Assembly: GCF_022045235.1 (NCBI RefSeq)
Contig: NW_027266264.1
Coordinates: 52,390,001 to 52,454,000, forward strand
Source: Haliotis cracherodii
Taxonomy: Eukaryota
Direction: 5' to 3'
Length of the DNA: 64,000 nt
The notes under the pieces were generated by a model. That model worked only from the letters and a program-made list of their open reading frames with translations. It was not told the DNA's origin and ran no database searches. The position numbers and the translations under genes were made by a program. This document shows, in pieces, positions 34,101-46,500 of the stretch. Position 1 is the stretch's first letter, and every line of letters starts with the position of its first letter.

Positions 34101-37100
34101 TACTTGAGTGACATGTTTAGGTTTCTTGTTAGTGGAAGGTCCATACTCCGTGTTCTTCGGTACAGATCATTGATCGTTGGTCAATAATGTGCTTGCGACA
34201 TTTGCGAAGATAATTACAAAAATCTTTCCACTGTAGTTGTCTGCATTGTGAACATTTGGCGGACAACTTGCATTGTCCACGACAATCACAGCAGTTGGAG
34301 TGAGGGTCTACTGACAAAAAAATATGATTGCTATTTGTGCATGGGCATTTCTCCATGTTAAACCAATCTCATTAAAATCAGACATTAGTTCTCGCTACTG
34401 CTAAACAAAGATCTGAGGACATCCCATTACGGGTCACGTCAGAACGACCTTTCATCCAACCAATCAGTGCGTCGCTTACCAGATTATGAAAGTGACATTC
34501 GGAATGTGATTTAATCATGCAATCTCGAAAACTTTAACATGGGCTATTCCGAACGATAGTTACAGGTTTAACAACTGAATCCTTACAATCTAGACCATCT
34601 ATTAGTCATTCCAGAATGTTTTTTTCATTCCGGTTTCAAATTTGTAATCTAGAATTAGTCAAAAGATGTTTCGAAGCGTAGTTGCCAATTTGAAATTTGT
34701 GCCGTAAAGCACGAGAAAGCTGCCTTCTGATTGGTCATTCCATTGGTTGGTCAAAGTTTGTGCAAAGTCGGTCTGACATGACCCGTAATGGGATGTCCTC
34801 AGATCTTTGTTTAGCAGTAGCGAGAACTAAGATCTGATTTTAATGAGATTGATGTTAAACTGACTGATATGTTGCAGCTGTCTGAGGAAGATTCACAAGA
34901 AAACAAAAAACAAAATATACTTCTCCATTGATTCAAAACCCGTCCCCACACTGTGGCGATAAGAAAGAGAATGATGTGGCAGGGTATGTCAGGTGATCAG
35001 GTTGCATGGGATTGCAGTGGTTGATGACCCATTGTTTAGGTGGGGACAATGGTGATGCTAGGATGTGTTCGGGTGTAGTGTTTTTTTAAGCTGGAATCTC
35101 GGTTTTAGGACATTTCCACACCAGGATCAAAAGAAGAAGGAAGAAATGCATTGTGTGAGATAGGAAAGTTTACAAATTAAACATTACCATCAAACATACA
35201 CATGAAATTCAACAACTTTAATCTAATAAGTGCCTGAGCTTTGTTAAACTGTTTACTATTTAGAAATCCATGGTACATGGTATTAAAAATAATGTCTCAA
35301 GATTCAAAACGAGAACCTTATTCCAGTTCAGACACCTTATGAAGCACAAGCACCTGAAATTGTACACTTGAGTTTACAAAAGAGAATAGATAGAGACTGT
35401 TCACCACTTTTAGTAATCAGCAATATGACAAGGGGGACCCCAGAAATGGGCTGGTCACATTGTCCCATATGAGGTGAACTTGGGTTCAACGTCGCGTCCA
35501 AGATTATTGCACTTATATAGCGACGTGCATGGTGTGTGTGTGTGTGTGTGTGGCTGTTTGTAATAGTTCGGACTGATGCCGATTTATAGTGCTAGACCAC
35601 TGAGATACCATGCCGCAGTTTAACATGAATACCCCACTCAGACACAGTATACTGACTCCGAGCCGACCAGTCCTTGTTTTAGCCCCTTAATGCCGAGCGC
35701 CAGACAGGGTAACAACAAGTACCATCTTTTAACGTCTTTGGGTATGACGCGGCCGGGGATCGAACCCCATACCTTCCGCTCTCCGGGCTGACGCTTTGTC
35801 CCATATGAGGAAATAAACCCCCTGGGCTTCGGTATGATGAGTGACCACTCAGCCCCTAGGGGCCCCCGATGAGAATGTTTCATGTTTACCTGCAGCGCCC
35901 CCTGGATTTAGACTGAGTACAACTCCTCCCAGTCAGCTTCAGACCCATGGTCGGGGTGCAGGTGCTCAGTATGTACTGTAAACAATGGGGGTTAGATATG
36001 TCAACATGGTAACATCAATAATAACTTTAAAAGGTGATGTGGTGGAAAGAAAATATCTCCAGAATACCAGACATTTTTTTCATTCAATCAACACATGTTT
36101 AGTCAACTATTTTGTTTTGTTTGTTGTTTTATGCCACACTCAGCAATGTTCAGCTATATGATGACTATCTGTAAATAATGGAGTCTGGACCAGACAATAC
36201 GTGATTGACATCATGTGCATCAATCTAATCAACTGGGATACGATGACATGCATCAACCGAGTCAGATAGCCTGAACGCACGTTAGTCACCTGTTACGCCA
36301 AGCATGGGTTGCTGAGTACCACTTCTAACCCAAATCTTTGGGGAAATTATGTACACGATTGGGATTATCCCTTGGCCAGCTGCTGGACAAGTAGGAAGTC
36401 ACCGTTTATGGTACCCATACAAGATGATAGTCATACAAAGAACTAGTTACAGATACTAATTGTTATTTTAATTATTCAAAATGCCAGGATCCCATGTTGC
36501 TTTGTACACTCAGCAATGTCATCTTTCCAAGGCAAGAGAGTTAACTGACTTTAAAAGTCCAGGCCAAACTAGGCTGGAATTCCTGGGCTCTATCGTAGCG
36601 CCTCCAGTGGCTATCGTGAGTTATGCCCTTTCTAAGCATTTCCTATGGACCAATCATATTTCACCTTTCGTATCACTTCCATTTGTTTCAAACAAAATGG
36701 CCACGCCCAGTCAAGACAATCTGATCGATAATCAAGACCTATATTGTGATAAAACGGGTCTTACATGCGAGCACTTTGATTAAAAACATGAAAGGATTTG
36801 GAAAATATCGGTTGACAATGAGTTGGCGGTGCACATGCTTTGCAAATCCTGCAACTGACCAGAATCTCCACGACAACTGGATTTCGATTTCGTTGAGAGA
36901 TTTTAATTGGACTATGCATAGACTCGTTAGTCCAGCCAAAATGTAACTCCATTATACCGGCCAAGTTTGGCAAGGGTGGAAACTGGAGTTTTATAGTCAG
37001 TTAACTCTCTTGCCTCGGGAAGATGCAGCAATGTATGCAATGTTATTTTTGTAGGATTACCAGAAATAGAACCAGTTAGACTGACCACTTCCTGATGTAT

Positions 37101-38603
37101 CTGTATAGCTGCTAAGCATCACAAAAAAAACAGTAGATAGACTCTGCAACCCAGACTAAATATCAGCCAATGAAAACATGTGTCATGCACTGCTGCACCA
37201 TTGCAACAGTAGCTTCAGGCCAAATAGTTTTGTTTAGGAATCCGATCAGTGTGTGATCTTTTCAGCACTTTCATTTGGTCATTTAAATACTTTCTACGAA
37301 TGTTATGATATTTTTCCTCTCGGAATTGACTTAAGTATCTAGGAAAATTGCTATTTGCAACAAAATCACAATCAATGTTTTCATTTTACTTGCCCTTTAA
37401 AGAGCCATATATTTCATGAACCCCTTTCATAGGCTTATGATCACTAACACTAAATCCATGAGAATTGTACTCAACAGAAATAAAATTACTGGATGCTCAT
37501 TTGGCAATAACAATAACATTAATAAATATTTTGAAGGAAAATGAGTTACTTCAAACCATGGTAAACAGGCTGTTTAAAAACACACACAGCAAAAGAGCAT
37601 CTGATAACATGATTTGTTTGCATGTTGATTTACGTTGCAGTCAATAACATTCCATGAAAATAAACAATTAAAGCAATTTGATCAAGGACACTTGTACAAT
37701 AACAGTGACAGCAACATCTTTATATGACAGAGATGTGTGTCGGTGACAAAGACTGCAAGAAGGGAAGGATGTTATATTGTACAGTCACCTGGGTGCCACA
37801 TTTATTACACTCTTCCACAAACATGTTGCCATGGAGTTCGGAGAGTCGACTGACTGGATACCCCGAGCGGATGTGAAGTCCATCCACGTTCTGGCTCACT
37901 GTGTACTTCAGCATATCTATAGCAAATATCAACAAACGAAATAACAACAAAACCAAAACAGGACTTTCTTCAAAAACAAATTATTATTTTCCTCTATAAC
38001 ATTCATGTATGGCAGGTATAGTAATGTAACAGTATGGATTCTCAGATGTATCTTCTATTGATTTTCTTTCTAAACTTTACTTGTTACTTCAGGGAAAGAT
38101 GGTTTGTCTCACTCTTTTTCTCCAATCCAACAAGTGCCATATGTGTACTGGTGGGACGAGCTGATTCAAATGTCACATTAAAGTGTGGTTGTTCCCCTTT
38201 CTTCTCCAGGGTCCACACACCTGCAATCAAATATAATGATTAGATAAAAATAATCAACTAAACACTAACTCAAACTGAGACTGCCCACATGGAAAATCTG
38301 GATTGTATAAAAGTACAACTGAGCACATGTGGTTGGTTAAATTGGCAAGTCATTCAACATTCATAAAGAAGATTTGGAATCAAAAAAACAAATTTTACCT
38401 TTGGGGCCTCTAAAGTCTGGGATTCCAGCTGAAGTGCTAATACCAGCTCCTGTGTGAACGACAAAATGGCGACTTATCCTAATCATGTCGGCCAACTCTC
38501 TGATTTTCGATTCCAGGATGTCCGGCGGGTCATATTTCTCTGGCATCCCACACTTGCCCTTATTGTCGTATGGGGACAAGCCTGCAGCATAGTTTACAGA
38601 CAT
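29840..38603 (-). CDS. SIRT6: NAD-dependent deacylase sirtuin-6, ~639 aa; join(38399-38603, 38113-38220, 37789-37916, 35890-35975, 32426-32506, 29840-31151)
   Basis: [19 protein letters not shown] start, [51 protein letters not shown] motifs; all GT-AG junctions in phase (1920 nt). Confidence 0.96.
32426..32506 (-). CDS. SIRT6: SIRT6 coding exon 5
   Basis: [19 protein letters not shown]; AG/GT in phase. Confidence 0.95.
33349..34014. repeat. 33-bp G-rich minisatellite (GGGTAGGGTCAGGTTATCGGGTGTTTGGTACCC) in a SIRT6 intron
   Basis: About 20 tandem units. Confidence 0.95.
34364..34851. mobile_element. MITE with long TIRs and 9-bp TSD (Mutator-like)
   Basis: TIR CAATCTCATTAAAATCAGA..., over 80 bp; TSD ATGTTAAAC (34355-34363/34852-34860). 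Confidence 0.92.
35475..35795 (-). mobile_element. 5'-truncated tRNA-derived SINE (Meta-domain-like) nested in a family-B SINE
   Basis: B box GGTTCGATCCC; 15-bp TSD TTGTCCCATATGAGG (35460-35474/35796-35810); host SINE continues on both sides. Confidence 0.85.
35890..35975 (-). CDS. SIRT6: SIRT6 coding exon 4
   Basis: [29 protein letters not shown] (zinc-binding Cys); in phase. Confidence 0.93.
36520..37025. mobile_element. MITE with ~43-bp TIRs and 9-bp TSD (Mutator-like)
   Basis: TIR CATCTTYCSAGGCAAGAGAGTTAACTGACT-like at both ends; TSD CAGCAATGT (36511-36519/37026-37034). Confidence 0.9.
37789..37916 (-). CDS. SIRT6: SIRT6 coding exon 3
   Basis: [12 protein letters not shown]...[17 protein letters not shown]. 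Confidence 0.95.
38113..38220 (-). CDS. SIRT6: SIRT6 coding exon 2
   Basis: GVWTLEKKG...[11 protein letters not shown]. Confidence 0.95.
38399..38603 (-). CDS. SIRT6: SIRT6 coding exon 1
   Basis: [10 protein letters not shown]...FRGPK; exon begins at an acceptor at 38632. Confidence 0.96.
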
Positions 38604-40151
38604 TCCTCTCTCGTACTTTTCTTGAACAAGATCTGCAAGAAATTTTATTCAACATTTGTTCAAAGAGGTCAAATTTTGTGGATTTTTGTTTGTTTTATGG
38701 TTCAGACAGGAATATTCAAACTCTATCATATCATTAAGACTGGACCAGACAAACCAGTGGTTGATATTATGATCAGCTTGCCACACTGTGGATGTAAGAT
38801 GAAAAGTCATCAAGTGATCAAGAAGTGCTGGGCAGCTATTCAAACCTGGAACCCTTTGGGAGTCATGGCGAAGGAAACAGAGAAATTTGTTCTAAATACT
38901 GTACCTTGATCTACCTCTGTATTTAATACATGAGTCAGTACGGTTGTATGCTGCAATTAGCATTGAAGCAATATTAATATTTTAATTAGCCAGTAGCATA
39001 AAAAAAATTCAAAGAGGCTTTGATGATAATCATGTTAGTTGTTTAACGTCGCATTCAGCAGTATTACAGATATATGATAGCTGGCGGTAGATAATCAAGT
39101 CTAGACCAGACAATCCTGTGATTGATATTGTGAGCAACATTTCACGTAATCAACTAAGTCACTGAGTGTGACCACTTGATCCAATTTGTTGCCTCTTATG
39201 ACAGCATGTGTTGTTGGGGACCAATTCTAAAAAGGAATCCCCCCTGAAGAGCTAATAATCATGATAATAGTCAGCAAATTAAGATCAGAAATTTCTGAAA
39301 TTGAAGTCTGATCGATTAACACCCCAAACATTTAATTTTGCACCACCAATGTGAACTGGCATTGTCATGTATAAGTATATTTATATTCTCCAGATCCCGT
39401 TGAACATATTGAACAATCTTAGAGCTATGAATAAGAGTGCAGTAAACATGTAAATAATCAAGCATTAAAGAATATAACCAATGGCTGACAGCATGAGCAG
39501 CGATGGCACATGATGGGCAATGTCACACATTGATGATTGAGCTGAGGATGTATTCTGACCCAAATTTGGATAAGTACAAATATGAAACTTAGTTCGCACT
39601 TACAACTTGTTAAAAAAAGGAAATAGCACCTGTACCAAAATGTTGCAATGAAAATAAAGAAGTTGAAATCCTTGTCAACCCCCGTCTTCATTGATACCAC
39701 AGCTTCTAAAAAGCCACTCATACAAGCGAAACATTGCGGGGAACCTATTCTGATGTGGTATCTAAACCCTGCTGGGGCTTAGCACCAAGACTATGATATG
39801 TGTTCTCAAGTTTAGGAGTTAATCCAGTTGTAGCACCATATCACTTTGTGAAATTGGCAAAGACATTTAAAACAATTCCTTTCTAATGATTGACTAAATC
39901 AAATAATCTCAAAATGATTGAGCTCCAAAGGCAATATATGCCTTCATTCAATTCAGTTTATTCGTTGTATGTTATACCATCGTCCAAATAGACATTGTAT
40001 GAATTGAATGTGTTGGTTGCTAGTATGCCAAGAATGAATGGAATGAATACCATCGTCAATAGAATCTACACTCAGTTCGTTTGTGTACAAAAAGCTTCAC
40101 CGGATCGCGCGTTGAAACGCCATGGCGAAGTCAAAATGTGAAAATACTTAC

Positions 40152-40432
40152 TGCAAGTGTGATTAATATTATCGTTCAAAGCTTCTTAATTACTGTATAG
40201 GGAAACACGCACGAAATAATGCCCATTTAGAACAATACATTGTCGGAAGTTCCAAGCGTCTAGCGCGAGTATCGCAAACTCTTCTTCGATGCACCTTCGT
40301 GATGCGGTAGATGGGGTACGGTAGAGGAGGCATCGCTACATTACTGTTAGGAGTTCTATCAAGACGAAAACTTCCGGTTCCAAATTGCACGGTGTGGCGT
40401 GAGACAACCGAGATACCGGTGGTACTGGCAAA
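40152..40432. promoter_or_regulatory. Putative bidirectional SIRT6/POLR3C promoter with SIRT6 non-coding first exon
   Basis: CpG-rich; opposed ETS sites (CGGAAGT 40244, ACTTCCGG 40370); minus-strand donor GTAAGT at 40151-40146. Confidence 0.6.
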
Positions 40433-40579
40433 ATGTCTCGCAGCAAAAATGATTTATGCGCTCGCATCTTGAAAGACCTTTATGGAGAACTTCCTTACAA
40501 AATAGGAAAATATCTTATGGCCAAGGGAGCATGCCCTCTCCGTTTAATAACCACAGACACAAAAATTCCTCATAACAGT
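40433..40579 (+). CDS. POLR3C: POLR3C exon 1
   Basis: MSRSKNDLC...; donor GTAAGT. Confidence 0.92.
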
Positions 40580-43500
40580 GTAAGTGCACGTCATGATCGG
40601 TGGTATAGTTACAGGGACATGTGGAGAAGAACGATGTCCCTGTTTGTGTTTAAATGAAGCAAATCTAGGTTTTCCATGGGTTCTGAAATTATCATCTCAC
40701 TGGGGCTTTTAACTTCAACGAAGCTGCTTATTTCTATCAAAATTATGGGGGGCACGAGTGACCCAGGCTGTGCAGAGTCGCGTCTCTTGGGCACGCCAGA
40801 AACCTATGATTGTGGGTTCGAATCCCGGTTCGCCCGATTATGTTTCTAGGTTTGTCAGCACCATACCTGTACTCGTGGGTTTCACCGAAGTGGTAAACGT
40901 CTGAGACCTGTATCACTTCAGGCTTTCCGCCCACATTAAGCTGACACGCTGTGATATAACTGGAATACTGTTAAAAGCGGTGTTAAACCAAACTCACTCA
41001 CTCATTCACTATCAAAATTATGTATTTTCAGAGGTTGGGCGTTATAAGCAAAACAGTATTTAAAGGACATAGAAAGCGTTGCATTAATCCTGTCTGTTTA
41101 CTAACAAGAGAAAAGTCTGGTCATGTGACAAGGCTACGCCCGTGGAGTGATCACTGGAGCAGGACATTCTGTTGCCGAATAAGGCGAGCAGAGCCGTGGT
41201 CGATCAGGGGTTATCGGCTAATGTTTCCAAATAAAGCTTTAGAACAGTCAACATCCTCTCCTTTTAAGAATTTTTTTTTATGACTTTTTTAAGAGATACT
41301 AATTCAGAGTTGTAGTAATGATCTGTATTGTTTCTACTGCAGGTGAAGAGAGCCCTGTGGGTGCTGAGTCATCAAAATATAGTTCACTTTGAGCAAAACA
41401 AAAAATCTTTCATTGAATATGGGATATCTTGTGATAGAATTTTGTGGCATGTCAGATACCCTAAGTACATATACTGTGCAAAGACTCTGTATGGAGATGC
41501 TGCTGAACTCATGGTAGAAGAATTACTTCAGGGAGGTCAAGGTCTCATGAGTGGGGTCGTTTCCAAGGTAACAGAACGTCTGAATGAAGCACTGGAAGCA
41601 TCAGGTGCGTAGAAACATTTGTCTTATAGAGTATGTTAACATGATGATGTGTAACTATTAATTTTGTTTGTTTGATGTTTGTTGTTTGTTGTTTAGCACA
41701 ATACTTAGCAATATTCCAGCTCTATAAAAGCAGCTTATAAATAATCAAGTCCGGACCAGAGAATCCAGTGATTGATATTGTGAACAACGATCCATGTCGT
41801 CAGGGTACAAACACATGCTATCAAACAAGTCACCGAATCTGACCAACCGACCCATTTGGTCGCCCTTTTATGACCTGCATAGCACAGGTTGCTTGGAACC
41901 TATTCTAACCTGGAATCCACACAGGGAAAACCATTAGTTTAGCAGTATTTCTTTCAGTTTCCTTAATTCATAGACATGTCAGATTCTAGAGGGAATTCTG
42001 GAGGACTAGGATGGGGCAAATGACAGCTCCAGAAAGTACATCTAATTAAAACACCACCATTTTATCTACTGACTCCAAATGTATGTCTATCACTTGATAA
42101 TTACTCTTATCCCTAAAGGAAATTGTTTTATTTTTTGAATCGCTAGATTAGTGAGTGAGTATGGTTTTTCGCCGTTTTTAGCAATATCACAGCTGTGAAC
42201 AACAGTAATGGGCTTCACACATTGTACCCATGTCGGAAATTGAACCCAGGTCTTCGGCCTGACTAGCAAACGCTTTTACCACTAGGCTACCCAACTGCCC
42301 CGAATCACTAAATTAAACAGTGTAGACCTATACTGAATATGATCAATAGGCAGTGTAGTGTAGTCTCCCTTTCAAGGTGATTCACAATGTAGTTTGAAGA
42401 GATGATAGTATTTACAGGCCTTCATCATATAGCTGGAATATGGTCGAGTGTTTAACAGCAAACACACAGACTAGATTGAGAGAGTGAGTGTTACCAGTTA
42501 GACATGTTTAACATGTGTCTGTAATTGTATGATACTGGGTGACTGTATTCATGGTAGTGTGCATGCTGTGAAACATGGATACATGATGACACTGACAGCC
42601 TCTGTTTAGATCCGGGTTAGAATTATCTTCATCAACCCAGGCTCGTCGCCAGAGGCGAATAATGGGATCAGCTGGTCAGGCTCGGTTGATGGATGTTATC
42701 TTGTCCCACATTGCATCATGGACACTCTAAAGGGTCCATGATGATTGTGTGAACAATGCTCGTGATGTCGATCATTGGATTATTTACAGACCACTGTCAT
42801 ATAGCTGATATATTACTGATTGCAGCTTTAAACAACAAACAAATGTTGTGAAATACCAAATGCTTCTGTAAACAAAGACATAAGATACAAAATCAATTAA
42901 AACTCAAATGATTTGAGCTTTTCAAGTTTCTCTTTGGTTGACAGGTCTGATACTAGAGAGTAATTGGAAAGTTAACTATGCATCAATGTGCTCATAGCAT
43001 TGTGTAATCAGATTGAGCATTTTTAGTCATAAGGCAGGTTTATTCAAAACTTCGTAAATATTACTTTTTGAAAATACAGCATTTAAACATGAATTGATAC
43101 AGGTATATCCTGTATTGTATTGTCATGATTGTCAGGTGTGACTTTGTAACATATGCATGATATAATACATCCGTTAAACTGGACATCACTTGTGGTTAGC
43201 ATGGTTGGATTTATACTTGTGTCTGTGCACTGTTTCTATGTCAGGGGGTACTCTTGTTATATTGATGCAGTGATGTGACATAATCTTAAATACTGTTCAA
43301 AGCAGAATTCTGTCATGTTTTTGTTGTCTTATTTTTTTTTATATTCTCTTTTAAATTCCTCTTGATAGGTCATCCTAAAATCAACATGTCACTGGTTAAG
43401 GACAAGTTTTCGAGTTTGGTGAGAACTCACTTTCTGCATAGAAGTTTGGAGCCTGTGAAAGATGATAATAACAGAGTTATCTCCCTTCAATCACCACAGA

Positions 43501-46500
43501 ACAGAGAGGAGTTGTTCCAAACACCGCTGGAGACGGAGGGTATAAATTGACAAAAAGTTTCATTGTCATAAAATTTATTGAAATGTTTAAACATTGCTTA
43601 AAGGAAAACAGTGTGATTAGATACATTTTGTCTTCTCCCTAACAAAAATTCAGAAGACAAATCTTTTAAGAAATATTTATAATGAATGAATGGTAAGATA
43701 TCTAAAAACATATGTTACTATTATTTTGACACAGTTGACAAGAACATGAGAAATATGTGCTTACAGGTCCCAAGAGGAAGCGGTCAGTTGATGACCATTC
43801 CAACCCGACCAAGAAACTTAAGACTGAAGGAGGAGAAAAAGAGGTTATTTTCTGAAGCATTTTCATTAAAAAATGTATTTTAAATTTTATATGACCATTA
43901 TTGTTTGATTGTTTGATGCCTTTGTTACTTAAAAGTTAAATTTTCCAAATCCTTTTTAAGTATTGAAACCCTATAGAATGCAACTTCATTTTGATTCTGA
44001 TCAATAAATGTCAGTCAGTTTATGGAACATGGAAGATTAGCTTGTACATGTTATAGACTCATGGCCATAGTTTTACTTATTGCGTATACACTGTAGGGAT
44101 TCCCAACTAGAATAACTAAGACGTTTTTGTTGTGGACAACTTGTTGCCTGCAAATTTATCAGGTACATTTACCAGTGGGACATTGTTTAACAGAGCATGA
44201 CATTTGGACCCCCATTTCCATGTTTCGTGTGGGCAATTAACAACCCTATCCAGTTTCAACGACCAATATGTTTCTATGCTTTTTGTCCAGACTTTGTGGA
44301 TGAATAGTAATATAGAAGCATCCTCTGATTTCAGGTTCCATTTGATGATGGTTTGTACTGGCAGGTGAACTTTGACCGTTTTCACCAGCACTTCCGGGAT
44401 CAGGCCATCATCGATGCTGTTTGTAACAAGATAGACAAGGTGGGAGATAAGTCTACTTTCAATGCAAACTCCGTATTGATCAAATCAATTTAGATCTCTC
44501 TTTCCTAAATTCTCTAATCCACAGTTCTTACATCTATTAGATATTAGCAAGGGGGTAAAAGTGGCACTGTGATCAAACCCATTACAACTCACTATGCAGA
44601 GTTGCATCCCTTAGCTGAGCCAGGATTTGCTTGTCTTTGATTCAAATCCCTGATCCTTCCATGTGTCCCTGATCCTTGGACTGTGTTGGCCTCCATGTTT
44701 TTTAAACTGTTGGATTCATGAATGTGGTTTTTCCATGACTTGCACCTTTTTTTGAACTTATTCAGCCCACATGTCATGATATAACTAAAATACTGTTCAA
44801 AGCATCCTCAATCATCCAGTGTATTATCATGATATAATCTCCATCCTATGATGATGATGAATACCCTGTACTCCTTTGCCACTGTGGTTTAATTTTGGAA
44901 GTGATGTCACCATATCCTTCTGGGTAAGAACTGCTCTTCAAGAACCCATGCTTGTCACAAGAGGTGAACACACACACGTGCATGCATGTCGCTATAGAAG
45001 TGCAATAATCTTGGAAGTGATGTCACCATCTCCTTCTGGGTAAGAATTGCTCTTCAAGAACCCATGCTTGTCACAAGAGGTGAACACACGCACATGTGCA
45101 TGCATGTCGCTATAGAAGTGCAATAATCTTGGACGTGACGTAAAACCCCATTTCACCTCACCTCACCTCACCCCGCCTCGCCTCACCTCACCTCACCTCA
45201 CCTCACCTCACCTCACCTCATAAGAGGTGACTGTGACTAATGGATCAGGTTGTAAGGCTGGCTGACTTTGTTGATACATGTCATCATATCCAAACTGCGT
45301 AGATCGATCATGATGTCAATGACTGTATTGTCTGGTCTGGATTAAATTGATTACAGACTGCCATCATATCGCTGGAATATTGTGTGGCATTAAACAGCAA
45401 ACAAACTCAAAATTTCTCTTGATTCTGTGAATATATTAATTGAACATATATTGTTAGCATTGTGTCTCAGCCTCAAAATGATGCTTTTGTAGCAAAATGG
45501 TATTATCAAAATAGAATGTACATATAATACACTGGATAATACATTATTCTCTTAGAGGACTGGTCAGATGGACTACTATATCTACAAAGTACTCCCCAGC
45601 AGTAAAGGTCACCATGGTGTCAGTTTGTATATCGTCAGTGGTTTACAATGCTGTTGACGAAAAGGATCGCTAAGCTGACTGTTTTGTGATTTTGAAAATA
45701 GAAATTCAAAGACTTTTATCTTCATTATCATAGAGTATGTGAAATATGTTGGCTATCTGTTGCTAGATAGAGTTTGAATGATTATTGTTCCATATCATTG
45801 ATCATAGGCTGCCTTGACACAAGATGTGGTCCCTTTATTTAGGGTCACAAGTGTGAAAATGACTTGACTTCTGCTATTTTTAGAAAGCCGGTGAGATAGT
45901 ACGGACCATGCTTCGTCTCAGTGAAGTGAGGACTGAGCAGACAGCCCCTGTTACCATGCCGATGTCAATCAACGAGGTAAGGATGACCAGAGTGGGCTTC
46001 TATTGGGAGCAGGATCCTATTTCACAAAGTGACCTTTAACTGTGATTGCTGTATTCCCATTGTTGAACATCATCATTACAGTGCTAATCTTACTGTGTGG
46101 AAGTGGGGCCATGATATAACTGGAATACTGTTCAAAGCGACGCTCAACCCAACTCACTCACTCACGTTGTGGATCTCGGCCCTGTCTGTCTTTGTGTCTG
46201 TGACATACAGAAACATGATCCTTGGTAAATGTGGTCATTTTGATTTGTTTCTGTGAGTCTCTTTGTGTGTGCCTGTGATCTTTAGTGTACTGTAACATGA
46301 TTGTTCATAGATGTGATCATATTCCATTTTTTATCTGAGCAANNNNNNNNNNNNNNNNNNNNNNNNNNNNNNNNNNNNNNNNNNNNNNNNNNNNNNNNNN
46401 NNNNNNNNNNNNNNNNNNNNNNNNNNNNNNNNNNNNNNNNNNNNNNNNNNNNNNNNNNNNNNNNNNNNNNNNNNNNNNNNNNNNNNNNNNNNNNNNNNNN

